Part shown: positions 1-8,195 of the stretch, one piece after another
Position numbering within the stretch: the first letter of the stretch is position 1
Layout: the number at the start of each line of letters is the position of its first letter
Assembly: GCA_963665815.1 (NCBI GenBank)
Contig: OY762463.1
Span: 3,776,001-3,840,000, forward strand
DNA: 64,000 nt
From: Candidatus Cloacimonadales bacterium
GTDB taxonomy: Bacteria; Cloacimonadota; Cloacimonadia; Cloacimonadales; JAIOQZ01
Direction of reading: 5' to 3'
The notes under the pieces: model-generated
What the model was told of the DNA's origin: nothing
What the model saw: only the letters and a program-made list of their open reading frames with translations
Databases searched by the model: none
Position numbers and translations under genes: made by a program

Positions 1-335
1 TCGGCAACCTGATTAAATCCAATTTTCAGCAGTGTTTCTCTTATCGTTGAATATGGAATATCATCAGGGAACTGTCCCGCAAAAGAAGATGAAAGTATAA
101 CAAGGCTGTGTTTGAAGTTTTTTATTAAACTTAACTCGTCAGTCCTTGGTTTAAACACACCGTATTTGCAGGTAACAATACATTTACCGCAATCAATACA
201 TCTGTTTTTATTGATTTCAACTTTTCCATGATGAATCCTGATAGCTTCTGTCGGGCAAACTCTAACACAATGCGTACATCCGACACATTTCTCAAGATTA
301 ATATCAAAAGCATGGAAGTATTCTTTGTTATTCAT
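1..335 (-). CDS. 2x[4Fe-4S] / [FeFe]-hydrogenase-like (putative sensory) protein, N-terminal part; runs off the window edge
   Basis: Not in the ORF track. Manual translation from ATG at 335: MNNKEYFHAFDINLEKCVGCTHCVRVCPTEAIRIHHGKVEINKNRCIDCGKCITACKYG...SSSFAGQFPDD. Two CxxCxxCxxxC motifs; lies downstream of the DRTGG and kinase genes. Confidence 0.8.
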   Translation of the reverse strand, partial: MNNKEYFHAFDINLEKCVGCTHCVRVCPTEAIRIHHGKVEINKNRCIDCGKCIVTCKYGVFKPRTDELSLIKNFKHSLVILSSSFAGQFPDDIPYSTIRETLLKIGFNQVA

Positions 336-359
336 ATGCAATCCGATACTTCATTAAAA

Positions 360-848
360 TTAGTACATAATTATTATTTCTAAAAGAGTAGGACTATTCT
401 CCTCTGATTCAATATGCATCATATCCGAATTCTTTTTAATGTTTGGCAGTCCAAGACCTGCTCCAAATCCCATTTCCCTTACAAGATCATCTGCTGTTGA
501 CCAACCCGGAACCATTGCCTGTTCAATATCTTTAAGACCCGGACCTTCATCTTTACATTTTAGATGAATCAGTTCATTATGAATGAAGGCATATAATTTT
601 CCTCCATTTGAATGAGCAACAATGTTGATCTCAGCCTCATAGCAGGCTATTGCCAGTCTTCTGAGAATCTGAGGATCTACTCCAAGTTTCTTCAATGTCA
701 ACTTGATAGATGACGATGCAGTTCCGGCATTTATGAAGTCTTTAACTTTTATATCAAACTCCAGAGTCATTTCCGGTTCTGCGGATTTGTTCAGGAACTC
801 TTTGATAGCAAGTTCTTTATCCTCTTTGAATGTCCAGTACTCAGCCAT
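360..848 (-). CDS. Anti-sigma regulatory factor / RsbT-like Ser/Thr kinase (HATPase_c)
   Basis: EAEINIVAH (N box), DEGPG (G1), GFGAGLGLPN (G2). Confidence 0.85.
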   Translation of the reverse strand: MAEYWTFKEDKELAIKEFLNKSAEPEMTLEFDIKVKDFINAGTASSSIKLTLKKLGVDPQILRRLAIACYEAEINIVAHSNGGKLYAFIHNELIHLKCKDEGPGLKDIEQAMVPGWSTADDLVREMGFGAGLGLPNIKKNSDMMHIESEENSPTLLEIIIMY

Positions 849-1195
849 CAGATTTTACAGCTCCTGAGTCCTGCACTGTAGAGCTTTCCACTTGTTGAAT
901 ACATAGTATTTTTCGTTGATATAAGAGGAAGTTCTCTTTCTTTAGCCATATTGATTATTTCTTCAGTAGGCTTTTTACCTCTGACAAAAACAATACCGAA
1001 TATCTCGATCATATCAGCAAGTCTGATGATTTGTGGATTCGTTAAACCGGTGAGTAACAGTGTTTTCTCCTTTGTACACATCAGTATGTCACTAATTAAA
1101 TCAGAACCGAATGCACATGAGATTTCAATATCAGGATTGATATCAGGAGTTAGGAGCTCTCCTTCAATGGCTTCAATTAATTCTTTCAATTTCAT
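848..1195 (-). CDS. DRTGG-domain protein
   Basis: GSDLISDIL...LLLTGLTNPQIIRLADM...VFVRGKKP pattern; coupled to the kinase start. Confidence 0.8.
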   Translation of the reverse strand: MKLKELIEAIEGELLTPDINPDIEISCAFGSDLISDILMCTKEKTLLLTGLTNPQIIRLADMIEIFGIVFVRGKKPTEEIINMAKERELPLISTKNTMYSTSGKLYSAGLRSCKI

Positions 1196-1261
1196 TGGAA
1201 ATCCTTTTTTTTGAGTTCACGTCATAAATTTCATATAACGTTGTTTATGCAAGTGATTTTA

Positions 1262-1825
1262 TCAGATTTTATTAATTGAGTAATAATATTCATCAATCTT
1301 TTTTATCAGGTCTAAAATTATAATGTTCAAGTTTTCTTTCAGTATTGGTTTAAGTTTGTTATGATCATGGATCTTGATGTTTTTCTTTTTATTAAAATAT
1401 CTTATTTTTTTAGTTCCGGCTGAAAAGTATTCGACTTTAAGCTGAATACCGAATTTCAACTCATATGCTTTGTAAGATGCACTGTAAACATTTTTGTCAA
1501 TCTCAATTTCAGGAATGGAAATCCTTAAAGTATCGTTTATTATTGAGTTTTTTTCTTTGAATCTTACTTGCTTCCATTTTGCCAGAGCACTGCTCATTGT
1601 TTTGTTGATGTCAATCTCAACAAAACCTCCGTTAGATGACTGAAAGATAATATCTTCTTTGTTTTCGGTTCCTCTGAAATCAATGAATGGCTGGGGATGA
1701 TCAGATAGGTTGAAATCAACAAAATCTGATCTGTTTTTGTAGTCCAGGCTGATAGACTCAGTATCAATTGCATTGAACATACAACCGGATAGTGTTAGTA
1801 AAGTCAGTATTAGAATATTTCTCAT
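1262..1825 (-). CDS. Hypothetical lipoprotein
   Basis: Signal peptide with lipobox LSGC. Confidence 0.65.
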   Translation of the reverse strand: MRNILILTLLTLSGCMFNAIDTESISLDYKNRSDFVDFNLSDHPQPFIDFRGTENKEDIIFQSSNGGFVEIDINKTMSSALAKWKQVRFKEKNSIINDTLRISIPEIEIDKNVYSASYKAYELKFGIQLKVEYFSAGTKKIRYFNKKKNIKIHDHNKLKPILKENLNIIILDLIKKIDEYYYSINKI

Positions 1826-2460
1826 TTTTCCTGATAAAAAGGTAGTGCATTTCTATCATTTATGCAATTAATATAAGATTTTAATTCATAATAATTTTCA
1901 CGAAGTGTTTCGATAGAGGCATTGTTTTCAATGACATAATCACTGTTATCTATTTTGTAAGAATCATCTTTCTGGGATTCGATCCTGTTTGAAGCTGCTT
2001 TCTCAGAGATCTTATCTCTATGTGTTATTCTGTTGATTCTTGTAGCTTTGTCAGACCAGATCAGGATTATTGAATCGAAGTGTTTCTCAAGTTTACTTTC
2101 AAACAATAGAGGTATTTCAACAATTATTCTGTCATTTCTGCATTTTTCTATTCGTTCCTGAATAATATGACGTATATGTGGGTGAGTTATTTCATTGAGT
2201 AACTCCAGTTTGCTTTTATCCTTAAATACAAGTTCTCCCAATTTTTTCCTGTCAATCTGCCCATTGATAATATATTCGTCTCCCAGGGACTTTTTTAAAT
2301 CATTAATTGTTGCTTCGGATGTAAGAACTTCATGGCCTAATTTATCTGCATAAACAACTTCGTAACCATCCTGTTCAAGCCACTTGGCAATTATCGATTT
2401 ACCAGAAGCAATTCCACCTGTAAGTCCAATTGAGACAATCGTTTTAGCTTTTAGTTTCAT
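1822..2460 (-). CDS. coaE: Dephospho-CoA kinase
   Basis: IGLTGGIASGKS P-loop, IDRKKLG, ITHP, EIPLLFE. Confidence 0.95.
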   Translation of the reverse strand: MKLKAKTIVSIGLTGGIASGKSIIAKWLEQDGYEVVYADKLGHEVLTSEATINDLKKSLGDEYIINGQIDRKKLGELVFKDKSKLELLNEITHPHIRHIIQERIEKCRNDRIIVEIPLLFESKLEKHFDSIILIWSDKATRINRITHRDKISEKAASNRIESQKDDSYKIDNSDYVIENNASIETLRENYYELKSYINCINDRNALPFYQEK

Positions 2461-3190
2461 CAGCTATTCTTTGAGCGAGCTCTTCCTGAGTTACATTGTG
2501 ATTGATTTCACCATTCTTAGCAGTCGAAACTTGACCGGATTCCTCAGAAACAATAATGACAAATGCATCTGTTTCTTCTGATATACCTATTGCTGCCAGA
2601 TGTCTGGTTCCGTGTCTCTGGACGTGCTCAATATTTCTTGAAAGAGGAAGTAATACTTTCACAGCATGGATTCTGTTGTTACGTACAACTACTGCACCAT
2701 CATGCAAGATAGTATATTTGTTAAATATTGTTATAAGAAGCTTGGAAGTTAGTCGAGCATCAATAATTTCACCGGTTTCAACATATTTATCCAGTTTTTG
2801 TGAGTTTTCAATTACTATCAAAGCACCGGTTTTTCTGAAGGCCATTGACTTTACTGATTCCAGAATAGGTGAATATATGTATTTTTTTCTGCGTTGAAAT
2901 AATGATTTAAAGCTCTTATCAAAGCCTGCTTTCAGTATAAAATTCCTGATTTCCGGTTGGAATAGAATAATAAATGCAATGAACCAGTAGTTTTTCAGTA
3001 TTTCAAAGCCGGATGTCAGCATTCTCAGTTCAAGAAAAACTGAAGCAAGGTATAGCACCAGAACAAGAGCAAAACCGATTAAAATCTGAAAGCTTCCTGT
3101 CTTTCTTACAATAAGAAGAACTCTGTATACTATGAAAGCTATAATGATGATATCTATCAGGTCTGCTAATCCGGGTCTCAGAAAATCCAT
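2444..3190 (-). CDS. dacA: Diadenylate cyclase CdaA/DacA
   Basis: Three N-terminal TM helices, FQPEIR, HDGA and GTRH motifs, VSEESG. Confidence 0.92.
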   Translation of the reverse strand: MDFLRPGLADLIDIIIIAFIVYRVLLIVRKTGSFQILIGFALVLVLYLASVFLELRMLTSGFEILKNYWFIAFIILFQPEIRNFILKAGFDKSFKSLFQRRKKYIYSPILESVKSMAFRKTGALIVIENSQKLDKYVETGEIIDARLTSKLLITIFNKYTILHDGAVVVRNNRIHAVKVLLPLSRNIEHVQRHGTRHLAAIGISEETDAFVIIVSEESGQVSTAKNGEINHNVTQEELAQRIADETKS

Positions 3191-3198
3191 AGTACTGA

Positions 3199-4413
3199 TT
3201 ATCCTTTGTTTACAATCGCATTAACAGTTTTAACAGCCTGAACATTTTCTTCCACGTCGTGAACCCTGATAATGTGCACTCCCTGCAATGCCGCATGAAT
3301 AGAAGTGCCTATTGTACCAAACAGTCTATCTGTAGGTTTAGAGTCATATATTGCGTTGATATATCTCTTTCTTGAAGCTCCGAGTACAACAGGATAACCA
3401 AGAGATTTGAATTCTGACAGTTTTTTCAGGATTGTCATATTGTGTTCAAATGTTTTACCAAAACCAACTCCGGGATCAATCATTATTCGGCTTTTATCTA
3501 TGTCGTTTTCCAGACAATAGTCAATTCGTTTCTTAAGGAAGGTCATTATATCATCAATGACATCCTTATATACAGGACTCTCCTGCATTGTTCGAGGGTG
3601 TCCCTTCATGTGCATCAAAACAATCGGAACATGGGGATATCTCTTTAACACATCAATCATCTGGCTGTCCCATTGCATAGCCGAAATATCATTTATGATA
3701 TCTGCTCCGTTCTTAAGGGCTTCTTCTGCAACTATAGCTTTTGTTGTATCTATAGAAACCGGGATATCCGTTTTTTCTCTAATCCTTTTCAGAACAGGTA
3801 TAACACGGTTTATTTCTTCTTCATAACTGATGCTGTCTGATCCGGGACGAGTAGATTCACCACCTATATCGATGATTCCGGCACCGTCAGCAATCATTCT
3901 CATTGCCTGGGCTACCGCTTCGTCAATGTCCTTATAATTGTTACCGTCGGAAAAGGAGTCTGGTGTGACATTCAGAATACCCATTATAACAGGTTCATCC
4001 AGATTGAGAGTTCTGGTTTTCAACTTGAGCTGAAATTTCTTTCTGCTCAAAAGAATATCAATAGTTTCTTTAAGAAAATTCTGGATATCAGGTAAACCGA
4101 AGATAGTCTGATAATCAAGTTTTCGTATCAGTTTTCTCAGTTTATCGGGGTCACCAAGCAGAATAACATCACTAAAGTCTGCTTTACCATCAACAACTCC
4201 GCGTGCAACTGCAGCATCTGCACCGATAGACAGCATTTCCTGTTTAAGGATATTTGCCGCTCCGAGTTTTACTCCAGTCAGTTTTACTGCTCCGGCAAGA
4301 GCTTTGGGAGCCATAACTTCTACGCCCTGGCTTGAGACTTTTATCTTGTTCAGTTCGTTGACAGCATCGTTAATATTATCTATTTTCAGGATTCTGTGCA
4401 TCAGATTCTCCAT
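3199..4413 (-). CDS. folP: Dihydropteroate synthase with ~130-aa N-terminal extension
   Basis: MGILNVTPDSFSDG, GGESTRPG, DPGVGFGK, SRK, RVHDV. Confidence 0.95.
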   Translation of the reverse strand: MENLMHRILKIDNINDAVNELNKIKVSSQGVEVMAPKALAGAVKLTGVKLGAANILKQEMLSIGADAAVARGVVDGKADFSDVILLGDPDKLRKLIRKLDYQTIFGLPDIQNFLKETIDILLSRKKFQLKLKTRTLNLDEPVIMGILNVTPDSFSDGNNYKDIDEAVAQAMRMIADGAGIIDIGGESTRPGSDSISYEEEINRVIPVLKRIREKTDIPVSIDTTKAIVAEEALKNGADIINDISAMQWDSQMIDVLKRYPHVPIVLMHMKGHPRTMQESPVYKDVIDDIMTFLKKRIDYCLENDIDKSRIMIDPGVGFGKTFEHNMTILKKLSEFKSLGYPVVLGASRKRYINAIYDSKPTDRLFGTIGTSIHAALQGVHIIRVHDVEENVQAVKTVNAIVNKG

Positions 4414-5269
4414 TTATTTTTATCAGAAAATCACCGGCAGGAAGATCTTTATAGTAAATATCCTCCTTTTCGAATGATCTTACTGGTGCAATTACAGCAA
4501 TCCTTGAATTGTTAGTCAATATTTTCACCCTGTTTGCTGTACCAAGACCGTATCGTGAATGAAAATCTCCATTATAGTGCATAACAGTTTTATTCTTTCG
4601 AGTTTTCTTATAATTATATATAGATTCAGCCATAGCATCATCTTTAAGGCACTGTGCTTCGTAGAACCCTCGAGGGATTCCGGACATTGCGGGATGAGTA
4701 CTTATGGACATTTTCATCATTTCTGTGAACAGTTCCTTATATTCATTCTCAAAAAAAAACTGATTTTTGGGAACATAAACCGTATCGGATGGATTCAGGA
4801 ATGACTTGAACTCATATCCGTGTTTTCTTCTTGCAGATGCAATTCTTCTTGGGATATTAGCTGCAATAAAGTCCAGATTGTTGACCTTTACGATATCAAC
4901 AATTGGCTTATAATCTGATAGATAGTTTGGCCAGGCTCTGGTTTTGGTGATCATTTCTTCTTCAGATAATCTACCGTCGAGATAGGCATCCATAATATCA
5001 GCTATATCAGTCTCAAACATTTCCATTGAAACTGTTATTTTGCCCGGTTTAAGTTTTACGAGTTTTTTAAGCAGTTCGGCTTCCAGTTTGTGGTGTATCT
5101 GATTGTCGTGATACTCTCCGAAGAAAATTATATCATAGCTTACAAGCTCTGACGCAAGCTCATCCAATGTTATTGTTCTATTCATCTTAAATGAAAAAAT
5201 ACTGTATTCTTCTTTTGCACACAGACAGAGAGACAGCATCGTTATTATAAGTACTAAAATTATTCTCAT
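4376..5269 (-). CDS. ChaN-family exported protein
   Basis: GEYHDN..HH, MEMF, AQCLKDDAMAESI, NGDFHS; signal peptide. Confidence 0.8.
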   Translation of the reverse strand: MRIILVLIITMLSLCLCAKEEYSIFSFKMNRTITLDELASELVSYDIIFFGEYHDNQIHHKLEAELLKKLVKLKPGKITVSMEMFETDIADIMDAYLDGRLSEEEMITKTRAWPNYLSDYKPIVDIVKVNNLDFIAANIPRRIASARRKHGYEFKSFLNPSDTVYVPKNQFFFENEYKELFTEMMKMSISTHPAMSGIPRGFYEAQCLKDDAMAESIYNYKKTRKNKTVMHYNGDFHSRYGLGTANRVKILTNNSRIAVIAPVRSFEKEDIYYKDLPAGDFLIKINGESDAQNPENR

Positions 5270-5448
5270 GAAAACTCCGTAAATTATTTGAATTCTATGA
5301 TTGTTTGAACTGTTTTTTATGCAAGTTTTATTTGCTGAGAATATCGTATATTAGCTAAATCAAGCTGTTTTGGAAATGTTGTTTGCAATTTCTGATATGC
5401 CAAATACTTTTTCTACATATGAGCGTTCATATTGTGTTAATAAACTTT

Positions 5449-6444
5449 TTACTCTACCAATATTGAATTACGCATATTTGCTTTAACATCTTTAGATAAC
5501 TGCTTTGTAAATACTGTTGCACCTTCAGTATTCAAGTGTTGAGAATTGTAGAAATACTTTCTGTTGAATGCCAGAAGTGAGTCCTGGGAGTAGTTGAGGA
5601 AAAGACAATCATGTTTCTTTGCTATTTTTTTATAATAGTCCACATATTTAATTGTGCAGAACGACTCATAGTAAATAGGAGGATAAACTAAAAAAACAAG
5701 GATGCTGTCTGATCTGCATTCGTCTAAGTACTCTTCAAACAGTTTACAAGAAGTGCTATCCAGGGAAGTGAACTCATTAATTCTCAGAGAATCAACTGAG
5801 AACTCTTTATTAATGGGATCATACCCAATCTTAGAAGTGTTTGGATATTCTTCAGTCCATTGCTTATTGTTCGGTGAGTATCCTCTATCATCTTCATGAT
5901 TGAACACGTTGATGTTAAAAAGTGATAGTACTCCTGTTATTACTTCAAAAGGCGAGCTTGAATACCTTAACAGAGGTACTTTGTAATCTAAACTGCTGAA
6001 TGCTCCAGTAAGCTTCATGTACTTTTTTACAACCGGAATATTAAGATACGGAGCGAATTTTACAGGATTCCTGAATCCAATACTCAGGCTTCTTAGGGTA
6101 CCATTACTTACGATTTGAACGATTACTTTCGGTTTTTTATTATGCAGCTTATATAGCTCAAAAAGTGCCATCTGAGGAATAAATGGGGAACCATCTAATC
6201 CTAAATTGTATGTTTTTAAACTTGTTATGGAATCTAATATTGCAGGATCAACCTGTACAAATGCTTTTGAACTCCCATTAATTATAAGCTCAGCATTAAT
6301 TTCACCTTTATATGCTTTGGTTAATTTGGAGAACAATTTTGACCTGTCTTTTCTGAGACCCTTTGATACTGCAACATCTAAACATAAAGCAGATGTAATT
6401 AATATTACAGTAAATATAATAATGTTAATTGTGAATTTTTTCAT
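5449..6444 (-). CDS. Membrane-anchored SGNH-like protein (DltD/AlgJ-type MBOAT partner)
   Basis: N-terminal TM, GSSK, YNLGLDG, FYNSQHLN..GA; directly downstream of the MBOAT gene. Confidence 0.6.
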   Translation of the reverse strand: MKKFTINIIIFTVILITSALCLDVAVSKGLRKDRSKLFSKLTKAYKGEINAELIINGSSKAFVQVDPAILDSITSLKTYNLGLDGSPFIPQMALFELYKLHNKKPKVIVQIVSNGTLRSLSIGFRNPVKFAPYLNIPVVKKYMKLTGAFSSLDYKVPLLRYSSSPFEVITGVLSLFNINVFNHEDDRGYSPNNKQWTEEYPNTSKIGYDPINKEFSVDSLRINEFTSLDSTSCKLFEEYLDECRSDSILVFLVYPPIYYESFCTIKYVDYYKKIAKKHDCLFLNYSQDSLLAFNRKYFYNSQHLNTEGATVFTKQLSKDVKANMRNSILVE

Positions 6445-6453
6445 ATCTTACCC

Positions 6454-7917
6454 TTAAAACTGGAAGTAAATAAAATCTTGAGAACTGCCTTCAAAGATTA
6501 CAAGAAAAAATACAATAAGTATATATATACTCCATCTTGCAAATTTGAACTCAAGTTTAGATAATCCATTTATTCCATATTGCTCTTCTCTACCAAACCA
6601 TTCTATAGTAATCATCAGAGCAATTGCTATAATCGTAAATCCAAAATCTGTTAAAAGTCGTCCTCCCCAAGATTCGGGAAAAACATTAGAGAACTCCCTA
6701 CCGGAGAAGATTCCTGAAATATATCTGAAAGCGTGTTTTATATTTTCTGCCCTGAAAAAAATCCAGGCGAAAACGGTCATTGTAAAAGTAGCTAGAATTT
6801 GAAACAGTTCTTTTAATGAAGGTAACAGCTTGTTCTTTGCAACTATTTCTACATTGTTTCTGTTACTGTTACTTAATAGAAGCGGTAAGAAATAAAGCGC
6901 ATTTAACGCACCCCAGAATATGAAAGTCCAGTTTGCACCATGCCAGAAACCGCTTACGATAAAAATTATAAAAGTGTTTCTGATTTTAGATAGAGTTCCA
7001 CCTCTACTACCTCCTAATGGAATATAAAGATAATCTCTGAACCAGGTGGAGAGTGAAATATGCCATCGTCGCCAGAATTCTGCTATATCTCTGGAAAAGT
7101 ATGGGAAAGCAAAGTTTCTCATCAAGTTAAAACCAAATAATCGAGAAGTACCTATTGCAATATCTGAATAACCTGAAAAGTCGCCATATATCTGAAAAGT
7201 AAAAAACAATGCACCTAAAACAAGTGTGCTGCTGCTCATATCATTCGAGTTGTTAAAAATCATATTTGCAAACTCAGCACAATTGTCTGCTACAACTACT
7301 TTTTTGAATAATCCCCAAAGTATTTGACGCATTCCGTCAGAGGCTTCTGAATAATTGAAAGTGCGTTTTTTATAAAATTGTGGAAGTAAATTCTTTGCTC
7401 TTTCAATTGGTCCGGCAACCAATTGAGGGAAAAAACTTACAAATGCTGAGAAAGCAATAAAGTCTTCTGTTGGTTCCAGCTTTTTTTTGTAAACATCTAT
7501 TGTATAGCTCATAGTCTGAAAAGTATAGAAACTGATACCAACCGGGAGAATTATATTCAGAGTGTCTGCTTTAATTTGAGCACCAAACAGAGAAAAGACG
7601 GCTATGAAGTTACCAAGGAAGAAGTTATAATATTTAAAGAAACCTAAGAATCCAAGATTTGCAAAAATGCTAATACATAGAAGCACTTTACGTTTCAGTA
7701 TTTTGTCTTCCTTTTTAAGTTTTATTCCAATTGTATAGTCAATAAATGTGCTAAAGGCAATTAATGATAAAAATCGCCAATCCCACCAGCCATAAAAAAC
7801 ATAGCTGGCGATAACAATAAGTAAATTCTGAAGTTTTAGATTCCTGTTTGTCACAAACCAATATAGTATAAATACTACCGGTAAGAATATAGCAAAATCA
7901 ATTGAGTTAAAAAACAT
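6454..7917 (-). CDS. MBOAT family O-acyltransferase (AlgI/DltB-like)
   Basis: LPVGISFYTFQ, FPQLVAGPIER, DFSGYSDIA, FWRRWHISLSTWFRDY, SGFWHGA. Confidence 0.93.
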   Translation of the reverse strand: MFFNSIDFAIFLPVVFILYWFVTNRNLKLQNLLIVIASYVFYGWWDWRFLSLIAFSTFIDYTIGIKLKKEDKILKRKVLLCISIFANLGFLGFFKYYNFFLGNFIAVFSLFGAQIKADTLNIILPVGISFYTFQTMSYTIDVYKKKLEPTEDFIAFSAFVSFFPQLVAGPIERAKNLLPQFYKKRTFNYSEASDGMRQILWGLFKKVVVADNCAEFANMIFNNSNDMSSSTLVLGALFFTFQIYGDFSGYSDIAIGTSRLFGFNLMRNFAFPYFSRDIAEFWRRWHISLSTWFRDYLYIPLGGSRGGTLSKIRNTFIIFIVSGFWHGANWTFIFWGALNALYFLPLLLSNSNRNNVEIVAKNKLLPSLKELFQILATFTMTVFAWIFFRAENIKHAFRYISGIFSGREFSNVFPESWGGRLLTDFGFTIIAIALMITIEWFGREEQYGINGLSKLEFKFARWSIYILIVFFLVIFEGSSQDFIYFQF

Positions 7918-7923
7918 AAGTGT

Positions 7924-8136
7924 CTATCTCCTATGACCTATAAACAATTGATTTGCAGTTTTAGATAAAGCCCATAAGCTTGCAGACATCAATATAGAAA
8001 TTGTATTCTTTAAAACTGAATCTGTTTTGCCTGTACTTCGCTCTCTCCATAGGATTCCTGAAGTACTATAGCTTAGATTATTGAAGTATATAGACGCAAT
8101 TGTAAATACGAAAAGCCCTAAAAGCAGCTTTATCAT
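7924..8136 (-). pseudogene. Decayed N-terminal remnant of an FG-GAP array paralog
   Basis: MIKLLLGLFVFTIASIYFNNLS resembles MKKLLFLLITITIASMCFGELNLS, and it is preceded by the same ~58-bp spacer/RBS as the intact paralogs. Confidence 0.6.
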
Positions 8137-8195
8137 TTTTTCCCCTTTCTATGAGCTGGCACATACACCTATATGACATCTCTAACATTTATAAT
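8137..8195 (-). repeat. Array spacer/RBS repeat, copy 1
   Basis: tcccctttctatgagctggcacatacacctatatgacatctctaacatttataat, homologous to 10998-11055 and 13855-13912. Confidence 0.85.

Noticed and set aside
131..313. 60-aa ORF in the track
   Set aside because: Out-of-frame shadow of the real Fe-S protein gene starting at 335.
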